Of a stretch of DNA of 64,000 nucleotides, positions 11,256 through 20,273 are shown in pieces. The DNA lies in the NCBI GenBank assembly GCA_965203965.1, contig CBDBDR010000017.1, forward strand, positions 1,312,001 through 1,376,000. The letters run 5' to 3'. The position numbers and the translations under genes were made by a program. The stretch comes from Thermodesulfobacteriota bacterium (GTDB lineage: Bacteria; Desulfobacterota_D; UBA1144; Nemesobacterales; JAJCZQ01). Position 1 is the first letter of the stretch. Each line of letters opens with the position of its first letter. The notes beneath the pieces were generated by a model. That model saw only the letters and a program-made list of their open reading frames with translations. It made no database searches and had not been told where the DNA came from.

Positions 11256-12296
11256 ATGACTGATATTAAAGTAGCCGTTTTGGGTGCAAGTGGATATACG
11301 GGGGGTGAGTTGATAAGGCTTTTGTTGAATCATCCCAACGTTGAGATTTGTTACATTACGGCTGAAAAACACGCCGGAAAGCAGATCACTGAGGTTTTTC
11401 CCCATCTGAAACGTTTATTGGATTTGAAGTTGGAGAAACTGTATCCGTCAGATATAGCAGATGATATAAACTTTGTTTTTTTAGCACTGCCTCACGGAGC
11501 CTCAGCCGAGGTTGTAGCTGCTCTTCAAAACAAAGATTTGAAAGTAGTTGACCTTGGAGCGGATTTCAGGCTAAACGTAAAAAACTACAATAAGTGGTAT
11601 GGGGAGCATCCATGTCCTTCATTTCTTGAAAATGCAGTGTATGGAATTTCAGAGCTTTACGCAGATGAAATTTCCAAGGCAAATTTAATAGCCAACCCCG
11701 GTTGCTACCCGACTTCATCTATACTACCTTTGGCACCGCTGTTGAAAAAAGATGTTATCAGTGAAAAAAATATAATAGTAGACTCAAAATCAGGTGTTTC
11801 AGGTGCTGGACGGTCTCCCTCTTTGGATTTTCATTTTTGTGAAGTAAATGAGGGATTGAAAGCCTATAAAGTTGGTTCACACAGGCACTCTCCCGAAATA
11901 GAGCAGCACCTGTCTAATTACTGTGGAAAGAAAACCGACATTACATTTACACCACATCTTATACCAATTGACAGGGGAATGCTTTCAACGATATATGTAA
12001 ACACCAACGGAAGCTACACCGCAGCCGAGTTGATAGAGATATTAAAGCAGTTTTACAATGGTTCACCTTTTATAAGGGTTTATGATGAGGGATATTTCCC
12101 AAACACTTTGTACGTAAGAGGCTCCAATTACTGCGACATAGGGGTTTCATCCGACCCTATGAAAAAGACCGCTATTTTAGTTTCTGCGATAGACAACCTT
12201 GTAAAAGGAGCTTCAGGACAGGCAATTCAGAACATGAACATAATGAATGACCTGCCTGAAAATACCGGGTTGAATTTAACCCCCGTGTTGCCTTAA
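11256..12296 (+). CDS. argC: N-acetyl-gamma-glutamyl-phosphate reductase
   Basis: GASGYTG, ANPGCY, SGVSGAG and IDNLVKGASGQA. Confidence 0.96.
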   Translation: MTDIKVAVLGASGYTGGELIRLLLNHPNVEICYITAEKHAGKQITEVFPHLKRLLDLKLEKLYPSDIADDINFVFLALPHGASAEVVAALQNKDLKVVDLGADFRLNVKNYNKWYGEHPCPSFLENAVYGISELYADEISKANLIANPGCYPTSSILPLAPLLKKDVISEKNIIVDSKSGVSGAGRSPSLDFHFCEVNEGLKAYKVGSHRHSPEIEQHLSNYCGKKTDITFTPHLIPIDRGMLSTIYVNTNGSYTAAELIEILKQFYNGSPFIRVYDEGYFPNTLYVRGSNYCDIGVSSDPMKKTAILVSAIDNLVKGASGQAIQNMNIMNDLPENTGLNLTPVLP

Positions 12297-12350
12297 TAAA
12301 AATTAGTGTTAAACTGCAAAAACCAGAAAGTATAGTTCACGGAGGGTAGA

Positions 12351-13196
12351 ATGTCAGATTACGTACATCCAGAGGTTTTGGTCAGCACGCAGTGGGTAGC
12401 AGACAATATAGACAACTCAGATGTTGTTATAGTGGAGTCCAATGAAGACATACTGCTTTATGAGACAGGGCATATTCCGGGTGCCGTAAAGGTTGATTGG
12501 CAAAACGAACTTCAGGATCAGTTAATTAGGGATTATGTAGGCAGAGAGGATTTTGAAAAGTTAATGTCCAAAAAAGGAATTACCAACGACCATACCGTTG
12601 TTTTTTATGGAGACAGAAGCAACTGGTGGGCATGTTACGCGTTTTGGACCTTTAAGGTTCTTGGGCATGAAAAGTGTCTGATTATGAACGGTGGAAGACA
12701 GAAGTGGGTGGAGGAAGGAAGACCAATGACCAAAGATATATCGAGCCGACAAAGCACTAATTACAAAGTTCATGGCATCAATGAATCCATCAGAGCTTTT
12801 AGGAGTGACGTGGAAGATCATATAAGTTCCAATGGAAGATTAATTGACGTGAGATCTCCTAAGGAGTTTACGGGTGAACTCACGCACATGGAAAATTATC
12901 CTCAAGAAGGTTGCTTGAGAGGGGGGCACGTGCCGGGTGCAAATAACGTTCCATGGGCAAAGGCTGCAAATGAAGATGGCACTTTCAAATCGGTTGATGA
13001 ACTTGAGGCAATTTATAAGAATGAAGTGGGAATGAAAGAAGAAGATGACGTAATTGCTTATTGCAGAATAGGAGAGAGATCTTCACACACTTGGTTTGTC
13101 CTATCTTACCTACTTGGGTTTCAAAATGTTCGCAATTATGACGGTTCATGGACGGAGTGGGGTAACCTCGTAAAGGCACCAATAGAGAAACCTTGA
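12351..13196 (+). CDS. Tandem-rhodanese thiosulfate sulfurtransferase (SseA/CysA type)
   Basis: GHIPGA, active-site YCRIGERS and YDGSWTEW. Confidence 0.92.
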   Translation: MSDYVHPEVLVSTQWVADNIDNSDVVIVESNEDILLYETGHIPGAVKVDWQNELQDQLIRDYVGREDFEKLMSKKGITNDHTVVFYGDRSNWWACYAFWTFKVLGHEKCLIMNGGRQKWVEEGRPMTKDISSRQSTNYKVHGINESIRAFRSDVEDHISSNGRLIDVRSPKEFTGELTHMENYPQEGCLRGGHVPGANNVPWAKAANEDGTFKSVDELEAIYKNEVGMKEEDDVIAYCRIGERSSHTWFVLSYLLGFQNVRNYDGSWTEWGNLVKAPIEKP

Positions 13197-13274
13197 TTTT
13201 TAATAAAGTTTTTTATTTAAAAAGGTTATCATTTTACTCATTACATTATAGATAATGGTTGATATATTAAAGTT

Positions 13275-13700
13275 ATGGGTAAACTCGATGACATTATCAA
13301 CCAGTTCCAGGGTGCTGATTTTCAGGAAACACTTGAACTTTTATTGGATTATTCAGAGGATCTCCCACCTGTTCCCAAAAGATTCAGCGGGGAGCTTGAT
13401 AAAGAATCCAAAAGGGTCTCGGAATGTGAAACACCCGTTTACTTGTGGGTTGATATTAAAAACAACTCTGTAGAGATCTATGCGGATGTTCCACCTGAAT
13501 CACCTACCGTAAGAGGGCTTGTTTCTATACTTATCAGTGCGTTTAATGGAAGCACACCGAAAGCAGTTGAGTCGGCACCGGTAGATCTGCTCTCAAGGCT
13601 CGAGCTGGCACAAAAACTCGGAACAAGGAGAATGTATGGCTTGGGTGCTGTTTACAATAGGATAAAGAACGAGGTGAAAAAGAAGACTTTGCTTCAGTGA
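13275..13700 (+). CDS. SufE family sulfur-acceptor protein
   Basis: RVSECETPVYLW (single Cys), ESPTVRGL and RMYGL. Confidence 0.85.
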   Translation: MGKLDDIINQFQGADFQETLELLLDYSEDLPPVPKRFSGELDKESKRVSECETPVYLWVDIKNNSVEIYADVPPESPTVRGLVSILISAFNGSTPKAVESAPVDLLSRLELAQKLGTRRMYGLGAVYNRIKNEVKKKTLLQ

Positions 13701-13708
13701 GAGTGTAA

Positions 13709-14098
13709 ATGCTGCATTATGAGTTGATGGACTTGATCATGGATCACTATGAAAATCCCAGAAATGCTGGGGAAATGGCTGATCCAGACGTTAAACAAAC
13801 GGCAAACAACCCGGGATGTGGTGATAAGATAACAGTTTATTTAAAGATCAAGGAAGGCAAAGTGAAGGATATTAAATTTGAGATAGAGGGTTGTATAGTG
13901 AGCCAGGCGGGCACCTCTATTATTTCCGAATTTGTTAAAGACAGACCAGTTGAAGAAATAAAAAATACGGGTTCTGCCAAAATCAGGGAAATTATGGGGA
14001 AGGACTTTGTAATAAGAAGACCTCAATGCACAAATCTGGGGATCAATACAATTAATGCTGCAATTATAAAGTATGAAAACCAACAAAACTTCGATTAA
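13709..14098 (+). CDS. IscU/SufU-like Fe-S scaffold or sulfur-transfer protein
   Basis: DHYENPRN, NPGCGD, GCIVSQA and RPQC (three conserved Cys). Confidence 0.88.
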   Translation: MLHYELMDLIMDHYENPRNAGEMADPDVKQTANNPGCGDKITVYLKIKEGKVKDIKFEIEGCIVSQAGTSIISEFVKDRPVEEIKNTGSAKIREIMGKDFVIRRPQCTNLGINTINAAIIKYENQQNFD

Positions 14099-14291
14099 AG
14101 TTCAATTTTTATAATGTCCTGTGGGATCTTTAGCAATTGTCTCTCTCGCAAAAAATGACCATATCCTTTATATGTTCTGGCGTTTTTTGCCTATTTTCTT
14201 TATTTCCTTGAGATAGTCCAAGTTTTTATCATTCCTTTTTCGTTTCTGTATTCAACTCCCCAGTAATTTCGTTGCTTGTGTTTTATGATTT

Positions 14292-15752
14292 TTACTTTGC
14301 CGAAGACAATCTATGATGGATCAGAGTAACCAGAAAGTTTAACGCAAGTCCTATTAGTCCCGCGTGAAAACCGAACGGTTTCTCAGGTATGTTCATAAAA
14401 AGGTATGAGTTGAACATGATGAACAGGGTAAGGGTTATACCCGTTGCCATTCCATAAAACATTGACCGTGAGCTAATACTTTTTACGTGAATGCCCAGAA
14501 AGACTGCAGGTGCAAGTTGGCAAAGTATTTCAAACTTTATTTCCATTAATTTCCAGATGGTTTGAGGGAGTATTGTTGCGAGGTAACACATAATTCCCAT
14601 AATTACCCATGAAGATATTTTGCCCATTGATGTTAAATGTCCGTCAGAACTGCGAGGTCTGATCACCTTGTAGATGTCTTGAGTGAACAAAGAAGAGATG
14701 GCAAGAAGTGCAGAATCTATGGTTGACATAATAGCTGCAATTGCCGATGCAATAAAAAGTGAAAGTGTCAATCCGAGAATTGGCACTTGGGATTTCAATT
14801 CGTTCAATATCAGTATTACAATGTTTTCACTTTCGTTCTTGCTCAGGTGTGGAAATTGCATTATTCCAGTTATTCCAACTATTACGATAACAAACGTGGT
14901 AACAAGAGGCATAAATACCATGATCATAAATGATCTTTTTAATGTTTTTTCATTTCTTGCTGCGTATATTCTCTGGATTGCATGAGGATATAAAGGTATG
15001 CTGAAAAATGCTAAAATCAGGATGCTCAACCACCTGATCTTCATTTCGCCGGTAGGAGGTGACCAATATTCCGGTGTGTTCTTCATCAAAAATTCTGAAG
15101 TTCCAGTTATTCCACCGTATTGATACTGGACGGCAAACAGTATAATAATACATCCGACCAGAAGCATTATTCCTTGTATAACGTCCGTCCAGGCAACACT
15201 TCGCAGTCCTCCCAGGGATTCATAAATCAGCATAATTATGGATAGTGAGATAATTCCGGTGGTAAAGCTGATCTTTGAATCTGTAACTGTTTCAACTATA
15301 TATCCGATTGCCTTTAGATTTGTGAGTATATAGCCTCCCAGTGCTATAATGCAGATGATAATCGCAAATGTGGTAAAAGACCTTGAATTGAAATTGTGCT
15401 GAAAATAGTCCCCTATCGTTATAAATTTTTCTTTACGGGATATCCTGTAAAGTTTGGGAGCAAATACTAAATAACCACCAATCACTGACATCATAAAAGT
15501 AACGCTGACCAGGGTTGTGAATCCTTCCCTGTATGCTTTGCCTGCAAAACCTATTAAAGTGTTTCCACTGTATTGAGTTGAGTATAAGGTGAGCAATAGG
15601 ACAAAAAATCCCATATTTCTCCCTGCAAGGAAGAAATCTGAGACTGTGTATTCCTTTCTTGCTTTTCTACCCAGTAATCCTATAAAAATGAGGAACAGGA
15701 TATAAATACCAATCACTATAAGCCCAGAGTCCGCAATGAGGGTATCTTTCAT
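14292..15752 (-). CDS. Sodium:solute symporter (SSF, PanF-like)
   Basis: DFFLAGR, GGLRSVAWTDVIQG and AAIMSTIDS; many TM helices. Confidence 0.9.
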   Translation of the reverse strand: MKDTLIADSGLIVIGIYILFLIFIGLLGRKARKEYTVSDFFLAGRNMGFFVLLLTLYSTQYSGNTLIGFAGKAYREGFTTLVSVTFMMSVIGGYLVFAPKLYRISRKEKFITIGDYFQHNFNSRSFTTFAIIICIIALGGYILTNLKAIGYIVETVTDSKISFTTGIISLSIIMLIYESLGGLRSVAWTDVIQGIMLLVGCIIILFAVQYQYGGITGTSEFLMKNTPEYWSPPTGEMKIRWLSILILAFFSIPLYPHAIQRIYAARNEKTLKRSFMIMVFMPLVTTFVIVIVGITGIMQFPHLSKNESENIVILILNELKSQVPILGLTLSLFIASAIAAIMSTIDSALLAISSLFTQDIYKVIRPRSSDGHLTSMGKISSWVIMGIMCYLATILPQTIWKLMEIKFEILCQLAPAVFLGIHVKSISSRSMFYGMATGITLTLFIMFNSYLFMNIPEKPFGFHAGLIGLALNFLVTLIHHRLSSAK

Positions 15753-15770
15753 TGTATGCTTTCCAGCTTT

Positions 15771-15917
15771 TTATATTTTCCAGTATTTGATTACGTAAAC
15801 GAGAATTGAAAAAGCATATAAAATGGTAACAATTACGGAGTAAATCGCCCATTCAGGGAAGCCCAGATAAGATTGAAGGTTTGATTCCACAAAGAACCAA
15901 GGAACTGAGAATACCAT
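15771..15917 (-). CDS. Small membrane protein typical of SSF-upstream partners (DUF997/DUF3311-like); not in ORF track
   Basis: Manual translation MVFSVPWFFVESNLQSYLGFPEWAIYSVIVTILYAFSILVYVIKYWKI (48 aa); stop lies 18 bp before the symporter start; frame is open further upstream without a canonical start. Confidence 0.65.
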   Translation of the reverse strand: MVFSVPWFFVESNLQSYLGFPEWAIYSVIVTILYAFSILVYVIKYWKI

Positions 15918-16093
15918 TAAGAATACGGTGAAAAGATAGAAAAATTTGTCTTTGATTTCTTTTTCTCCGTTCAGTTTTTCAGATCGTATTATGACAAAAT
16001 TAAAATGATTTTACAGTTAATATAAAACTTTTGGGTTCAAATTGCCGGATTTTTTTGTTATTTTATTACTGCTGTACAATTAAAGGAGGATAA

Positions 16094-17452
16094 ATGATAA
16101 TGGATAGTAAAAATGGTAAACCAAGTAACAAAACAGGGGAGCTTATCAATGGAAGAATTAAAAAAGCAATGGAATATCCCTTGTTTGATTCAATTTTCAA
16201 CAGGCGGTCAAGACGTTTTGGACTCGGAATGGAGCTTAATGACAGCACACTTGAGTTTAAATCAAAGTATGACCCGGTGCCGTTGAGTGAATTGGAAGAG
16301 GCTTTGCTTGTATGGTCTGGGACGGGACTTACGGGTCTTTGTCTTGCGGATCTACCACCTGAAAACGGCATAGACCTTCTTTGTCAGTGGACGGGAAGAA
16401 CTTGGCCCTCAGCCTGCAACAATCATGGGACGGAGCTTTTTTTTACGAACGATAAGGGTTTGTATCACGTAAACGTAAAAGAGATGTTACCTCAAAAACA
16501 TGAGTTGGACATTTTCTTTAATATGTCCCGTGAGGATAAAATACAAAGATTGCTTGAACTTTACCGTGAAAGCCTGAACAAAGTGGAGGATGGCAGAGCC
16601 GACCTTCCCGATAAAATGCCGGGACTTTTTGAATTTAACCAGTGGAATACGAACAAACCCGGAACCACTGTTTTTATTCCCGTTACGGATATAACAGAGG
16701 AGTATCTGAACCTTTTGACGCTTTATTGTAGCAACAGCTATGGGTTTACCATAATTGACGACCTCACCGGCAAGCCCGCGGGTGTTGAAAAGTGGATTAA
16801 GACGGGAAGGCTAAAAGGTGAAGTTAAACTATCTCTTTTTGATCTTGAAGTTAGGATACTTACTGGGCTTAACGTTGAGCAGGCATTTGTATGTCAAAAC
16901 ATGGCACTTGCTCTTCAACCACTGGGGCTTGCTGGGTGGACTTTCAGCGGGTTTATTCCGAGATTTGCAATGGGAGCAGCTCCGAATTTATTCAAGGGAC
17001 TTGGTTTTAGGTTCATTCAACCGAAAAAAGGGAGTATTGATCCCCCGACGACAGTTCCCGTTGGAAGGGATGGGGTTTTTGAATCATACAGTCCTCCTTA
17101 TTATAAAAATATGGATGATGCAATAGATCATTTCCTTGAGCATAAATGGGCTGCATGGGAGGATGACAAACCGTTTCCATATACTGAACCTGACAAGCAC
17201 TTGATGAAAGCACCAAGACCTACTGAAACTACCATTGAGATAGTGAGAGCGGTTGCTAATTACACTTATGAAACTTACGGCAGGTTCCCTGCATTTGTTG
17301 ACCCTATGTATATGAGACTTGTGTTTCAGGCAATGCACATTGATCTTGATTTTTATGACAAGTATTATCCAAAAGGCTCTTATTCCGATAGGCACCTTGA
17401 TACTTTTCTTTCACTTCATCCTAAGGAGCGAGAGAGGTTTGATGGGAAATAG
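16094..17452 (+). CDS. Uncharacterised nitroreductase-fold (FMN-binding)-like protein
   Basis: Strong AAGGAGG RBS; IFNRRSRRF, PLSELEEALL, GRTWPS and CQNMALALQPLGLAGW resemble nitroreductase/SagB motifs. Confidence 0.55.
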   Translation: MIMDSKNGKPSNKTGELINGRIKKAMEYPLFDSIFNRRSRRFGLGMELNDSTLEFKSKYDPVPLSELEEALLVWSGTGLTGLCLADLPPENGIDLLCQWTGRTWPSACNNHGTELFFTNDKGLYHVNVKEMLPQKHELDIFFNMSREDKIQRLLELYRESLNKVEDGRADLPDKMPGLFEFNQWNTNKPGTTVFIPVTDITEEYLNLLTLYCSNSYGFTIIDDLTGKPAGVEKWIKTGRLKGEVKLSLFDLEVRILTGLNVEQAFVCQNMALALQPLGLAGWTFSGFIPRFAMGAAPNLFKGLGFRFIQPKKGSIDPPTTVPVGRDGVFESYSPPYYKNMDDAIDHFLEHKWAAWEDDKPFPYTEPDKHLMKAPRPTETTIEIVRAVANYTYETYGRFPAFVDPMYMRLVFQAMHIDLDFYDKYYPKGSYSDRHLDTFLSLHPKERERFDGK

Positions 17453-17480
17453 AAGTTGAAGTTGTAAAGTTTTTTCTGTC

Positions 17481-18941
17481 ATGGACAAAGTGAATAAAAA
17501 CCGTCTCTACTACGGAGATAATTTTTTTATTTTGCGGGATGAGATAAGGGATGAAAGTGTTGATCTGATCTACCTTGATCCACCATTTAACAGCAAAGCC
17601 AATTACAACATTCTTTTCAAAGAGCAGACTGGAAAGCAAAGTTCATCACAAATAGAAGCATTTGACGATACTTGGCACTGGACTGAAGAAGCGGAAAGTG
17701 CTTTTGATAACATTCTGCGAAGTGGAAATTCAAACATCACCGATATGATCAATGCTATGCGATCATTCCTTGGTGAAAATGACATGATGGCTTATCTGGT
17801 GATGATGGCAGTAAGACTGATTGAACTTCACCGCGTTCTGAAACCAACGGGTTCAATCTATCTACACTGTGATCCGACTGCAAGCCATTATTTAAAAGTA
17901 TTGATGGATTGCGTGTTTGATGGTGATAGGTTCAACAATGAAATTGTTTGGCACTACTACAATAAGTATAGTGCAGGAAAAAAGGTGTGGGGAAGAAATT
18001 ACGACCAAATTTTGTTTTATAGAAAGAGTAATAATTGGATTTTTAACCCACAGAGAGAAAAAAGGGATAAACCAGTAAAACAACTTGTTAGAGAAAATAT
18101 AGACGGTGTTCTTAAAAACAAGAAAGGATCTGATGGGAAAGTCATTTATAGAATTGCAGATGACAAAAAAGTTGATTCAGTATGGTCTTTACCTTGTTTA
18201 CAACCAGCAAATCCAGAGAGATTGGGTTATCCTACACAAAAGCCATTGGCGTTATTAGAAAGAATAATAAAGGCATCTTCTAATAAAGGTGATGTAATTC
18301 TTGATCCCTTCTGCGGTTGCGGAACAGCTATTCATGCGGCAGAGAAACTCGGCAGAAACTGGATAGGAATTGACATAACCCATCTTGCCATTTCGCTGAT
18401 TGAAAGGCGATTGAAAGATGCTTTTCCAAAAATTCAGTATGAAGTTCATGGCACACCTAAAGACCTTGAAGGTGCAAGGGATCTGGCGGGGCGGGACAAA
18501 TATCAGTTTGAATGGTGGGCATTGTCTCTGATTGAAGCCGTGCCGTATCAGGGTAAAAAGAAAGGAGCGGACAGTGGAATAGACGGTGTTATCTATTTTC
18601 ACGAAGATAAAAATACAGTTGAAAGGGTTATAGTATCGGTAAAAGGTGGGGCGAATGTTGGAGTTTCAATGATACGTGATCTCAAGGGGACAATGGAAAG
18701 AGAAAAAGCGATGCTTGGACTTCTAATAACTCTTGCAGAACCGACTGCCCCGATGAAGAGAGAAGCAGTTGCGTCTAGATTTCATACTATATACGGAGAA
18801 AAGGAACAATTTCCAAAAATTCAAATTGTAACTATTGAAGAACTGCTGGATGGTAGAAAACCAAAGTTGCCAATTTTCAAAAGTATGACTTTCAGGAAAG
18901 CAAAGTTAGAAGAAGCAGGAGAGCAAAGAGATTTGTTGTAA
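17481..18941 (+). CDS. N4/N6 DNA methyltransferase (beta order) fused to a C-terminal Mrr-like domain
   Basis: LYYGDN, YLDPPF, YPTQKP and LDPFCGCGT; C-terminal GADSGIDG...IVSVKGG. Confidence 0.85.
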   Translation: MDKVNKNRLYYGDNFFILRDEIRDESVDLIYLDPPFNSKANYNILFKEQTGKQSSSQIEAFDDTWHWTEEAESAFDNILRSGNSNITDMINAMRSFLGENDMMAYLVMMAVRLIELHRVLKPTGSIYLHCDPTASHYLKVLMDCVFDGDRFNNEIVWHYYNKYSAGKKVWGRNYDQILFYRKSNNWIFNPQREKRDKPVKQLVRENIDGVLKNKKGSDGKVIYRIADDKKVDSVWSLPCLQPANPERLGYPTQKPLALLERIIKASSNKGDVILDPFCGCGTAIHAAEKLGRNWIGIDITHLAISLIERRLKDAFPKIQYEVHGTPKDLEGARDLAGRDKYQFEWWALSLIEAVPYQGKKKGADSGIDGVIYFHEDKNTVERVIVSVKGGANVGVSMIRDLKGTMEREKAMLGLLITLAEPTAPMKREAVASRFHTIYGEKEQFPKIQIVTIEELLDGRKPKLPIFKSMTFRKAKLEEAGEQRDLL

Positions 18942-18987
18942 GTTTTATTGATCTTTGCTGTTTCTTAATTTTGAATATCAAAATTAA

Positions 18988-19010
18988 GGGAATTATATAC
19001 AATAGTGCCG
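18988..19010 (+). repeat. Left terminal inverted repeat (23 bp)
   Basis: gggaattatatacaatagtgccg is the exact reverse complement of 22648-22670. Confidence 0.95.
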
Positions 19011-19033
19011 ATATAATATTTAACTAGTTTTTA

Positions 19034-19252
19034 TCATTGAGTTTTTTTATTTCTGGTGGTTTGTGGTGGTTTCTTAGGTATTACAAGTTTAGTTTTTTCT
19101 GGAGCAGGGGATGCCTTTTGTTTTTGGGATTGGAGTTTTTGAGATTGGAGTTTATGGGACTGTATAAAGTGTATATTAGGAGATAGCACTGCTTTTGTTA
19201 TTTCCTCTAATGTTCCATCTATTGGTGGTATGATTTTCTGTCTTCTACCCAT
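19034..19252 (-). CDS. Small basic IS passenger protein
   Basis: 72 aa, MGRRQKIIPPIDGTLEEITKAVL followed by a K/Q-rich tail with LQSQK repeats; stop lies 23 bp inside the left TIR. Confidence 0.6.
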   Translation of the reverse strand: MGRRQKIIPPIDGTLEEITKAVLSPNIHFIQSHKLQSQKLQSQKQKASPAPEKTKLVIPKKPPQTTRNKKTQ

Positions 19253-19333
19253 TTTTAATATTTATCCGCTTATTTACTAAGTTTAGTATACCCAATAAGA
19301 GTTCAAACTTTAACTCAAATTATACTAAACATC

Positions 19334-19362
19334 TTGACGTTCCCCTAATTTTGTTCTATCAT
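19334..19362 (+). promoter_or_regulatory. Sigma70-type promoter for the pilin leader
   Basis: TTGACG (19334-39), 17 bp spacer, TATCAT (19357-62). Confidence 0.7.
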
Positions 19363-19368
19363 TTTTAC

Positions 19369-19555
19369 TGTTCAATTAGTTATACGAAGCCCGCATTGTC
19401 GGGTCTCCGTGAATATAAAACCCGATACTGCCTTGTGGTCGCTCCACGATGGTGGGGAATAAGCGGAACGTCTAAAACTTCGTATGACAGTTGAACAAGA
19501 CCCGGCACCTGTGCGTTCAGGCTCCGGAAATACAATTTAGGAGGTCTTGTTCAAT
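19369..19555 (+). ncRNA. Putative structured 5' leader RNA / translational switch
   Basis: 19369-19389 pairs with 19478-19497; internal stems 19397-404/19420-427 and 19435-38/19444-47; 19491-19502 is the exact complement of 19543-19554, which overlaps the RBS. Confidence 0.6.
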
Positions 19556-20095
19556 ATGTCTATATTTACTTCTTACAAACGGGTACCTGCCCACAATCAG
19601 GGAGATTACAAACGGGGAATAAACAAAGAAAGTGGTTTTACTTTGTTGGAGTTATTAATAGTTGCAGCCATTCTTGGAATTATTATTGCAATAGCGATTC
19701 CCAATCTACTCGGTGCAAGAAAGAATGCTAATGTGGTAAGTGCTAAAAAATCCATAGATAGCATTAGGGTTGCTGAAGTGATGTATTACAACAACCATGG
19801 GAGATACGCTAATAATGCAGCAGACCTTGCAGTAAATGACTATGTATCAGATTCATCACTACGAGATGCTATGCAATCTTCTTGCAAGCCCAAAAGTGGA
19901 TACTGCTTTAGACCAGATTCCGCTATTGTGTCTTCTTACGAGTTTGGATGGCAAGCTGCTCCGGTAAATGTAAATAACATAGCTGATGTGGCTGTTGCGG
20001 TTTATACAGATGGTGTTATTAGATGTGCGACAGCAGCGAAGGCTAAGGAATATGAGGCTGATGCTACAAGCCCTTCATGTGAGTCGGAAAAATAG
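19556..20095 (+). CDS. Type IV pilin-like protein (prepilin N-terminal methylation motif)
   Basis: KESG|FTLLELLIVAAILGIIIAIAIPNL class III signal with E5; four Cys in the globular domain; AGGAGG at 19539-44 favours ATG 19556. Confidence 0.88.
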   Translation: MSIFTSYKRVPAHNQGDYKRGINKESGFTLLELLIVAAILGIIIAIAIPNLLGARKNANVVSAKKSIDSIRVAEVMYYNNHGRYANNAADLAVNDYVSDSSLRDAMQSSCKPKSGYCFRPDSAIVSSYEFGWQAAPVNVNNIADVAVAVYTDGVIRCATAAKAKEYEADATSPSCESEK

Positions 20096-20118
20096 GCAGA
20101 GGAGTAATACACAATTTA

Positions 20119-20201
20119 AGCAACCCTGACTTTGAGCTCCCTATAGTGGGATTGGTATGAATGAGCCTTACCCCACACTTTTACTCAAGGTTAGGGTTGC
20201 T
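20119..20201 (+). other. Long stem-loop downstream of pilin (terminator or structured RNA)
   Basis: agcaaccctgactttgag (20119-136) pairs with ctcaaggttagggttgct (20184-201); both mismatches are G-U compatible; inner gtggg/cccac stem. Confidence 0.55.
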
Positions 20202-20273
20202 ACTTTTGGTTGTTGTAGCACTATAAATCTGGTAATATTTTATACGAGAAAGAAGGATTAAAACTGATATACT

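Noticed and set aside
14099..14291. Possible gene fragment between iscU-like gene and symporter
   Set aside because: The minus-strand frames I translated are broken by stops and show no recognisable motif
19265..19467. 10-mer AATAAGCGGA in both the pilin leader (+) and the small-ORF 5' region (-)
   Set aside because: Too short to distinguish from chance without homolog data
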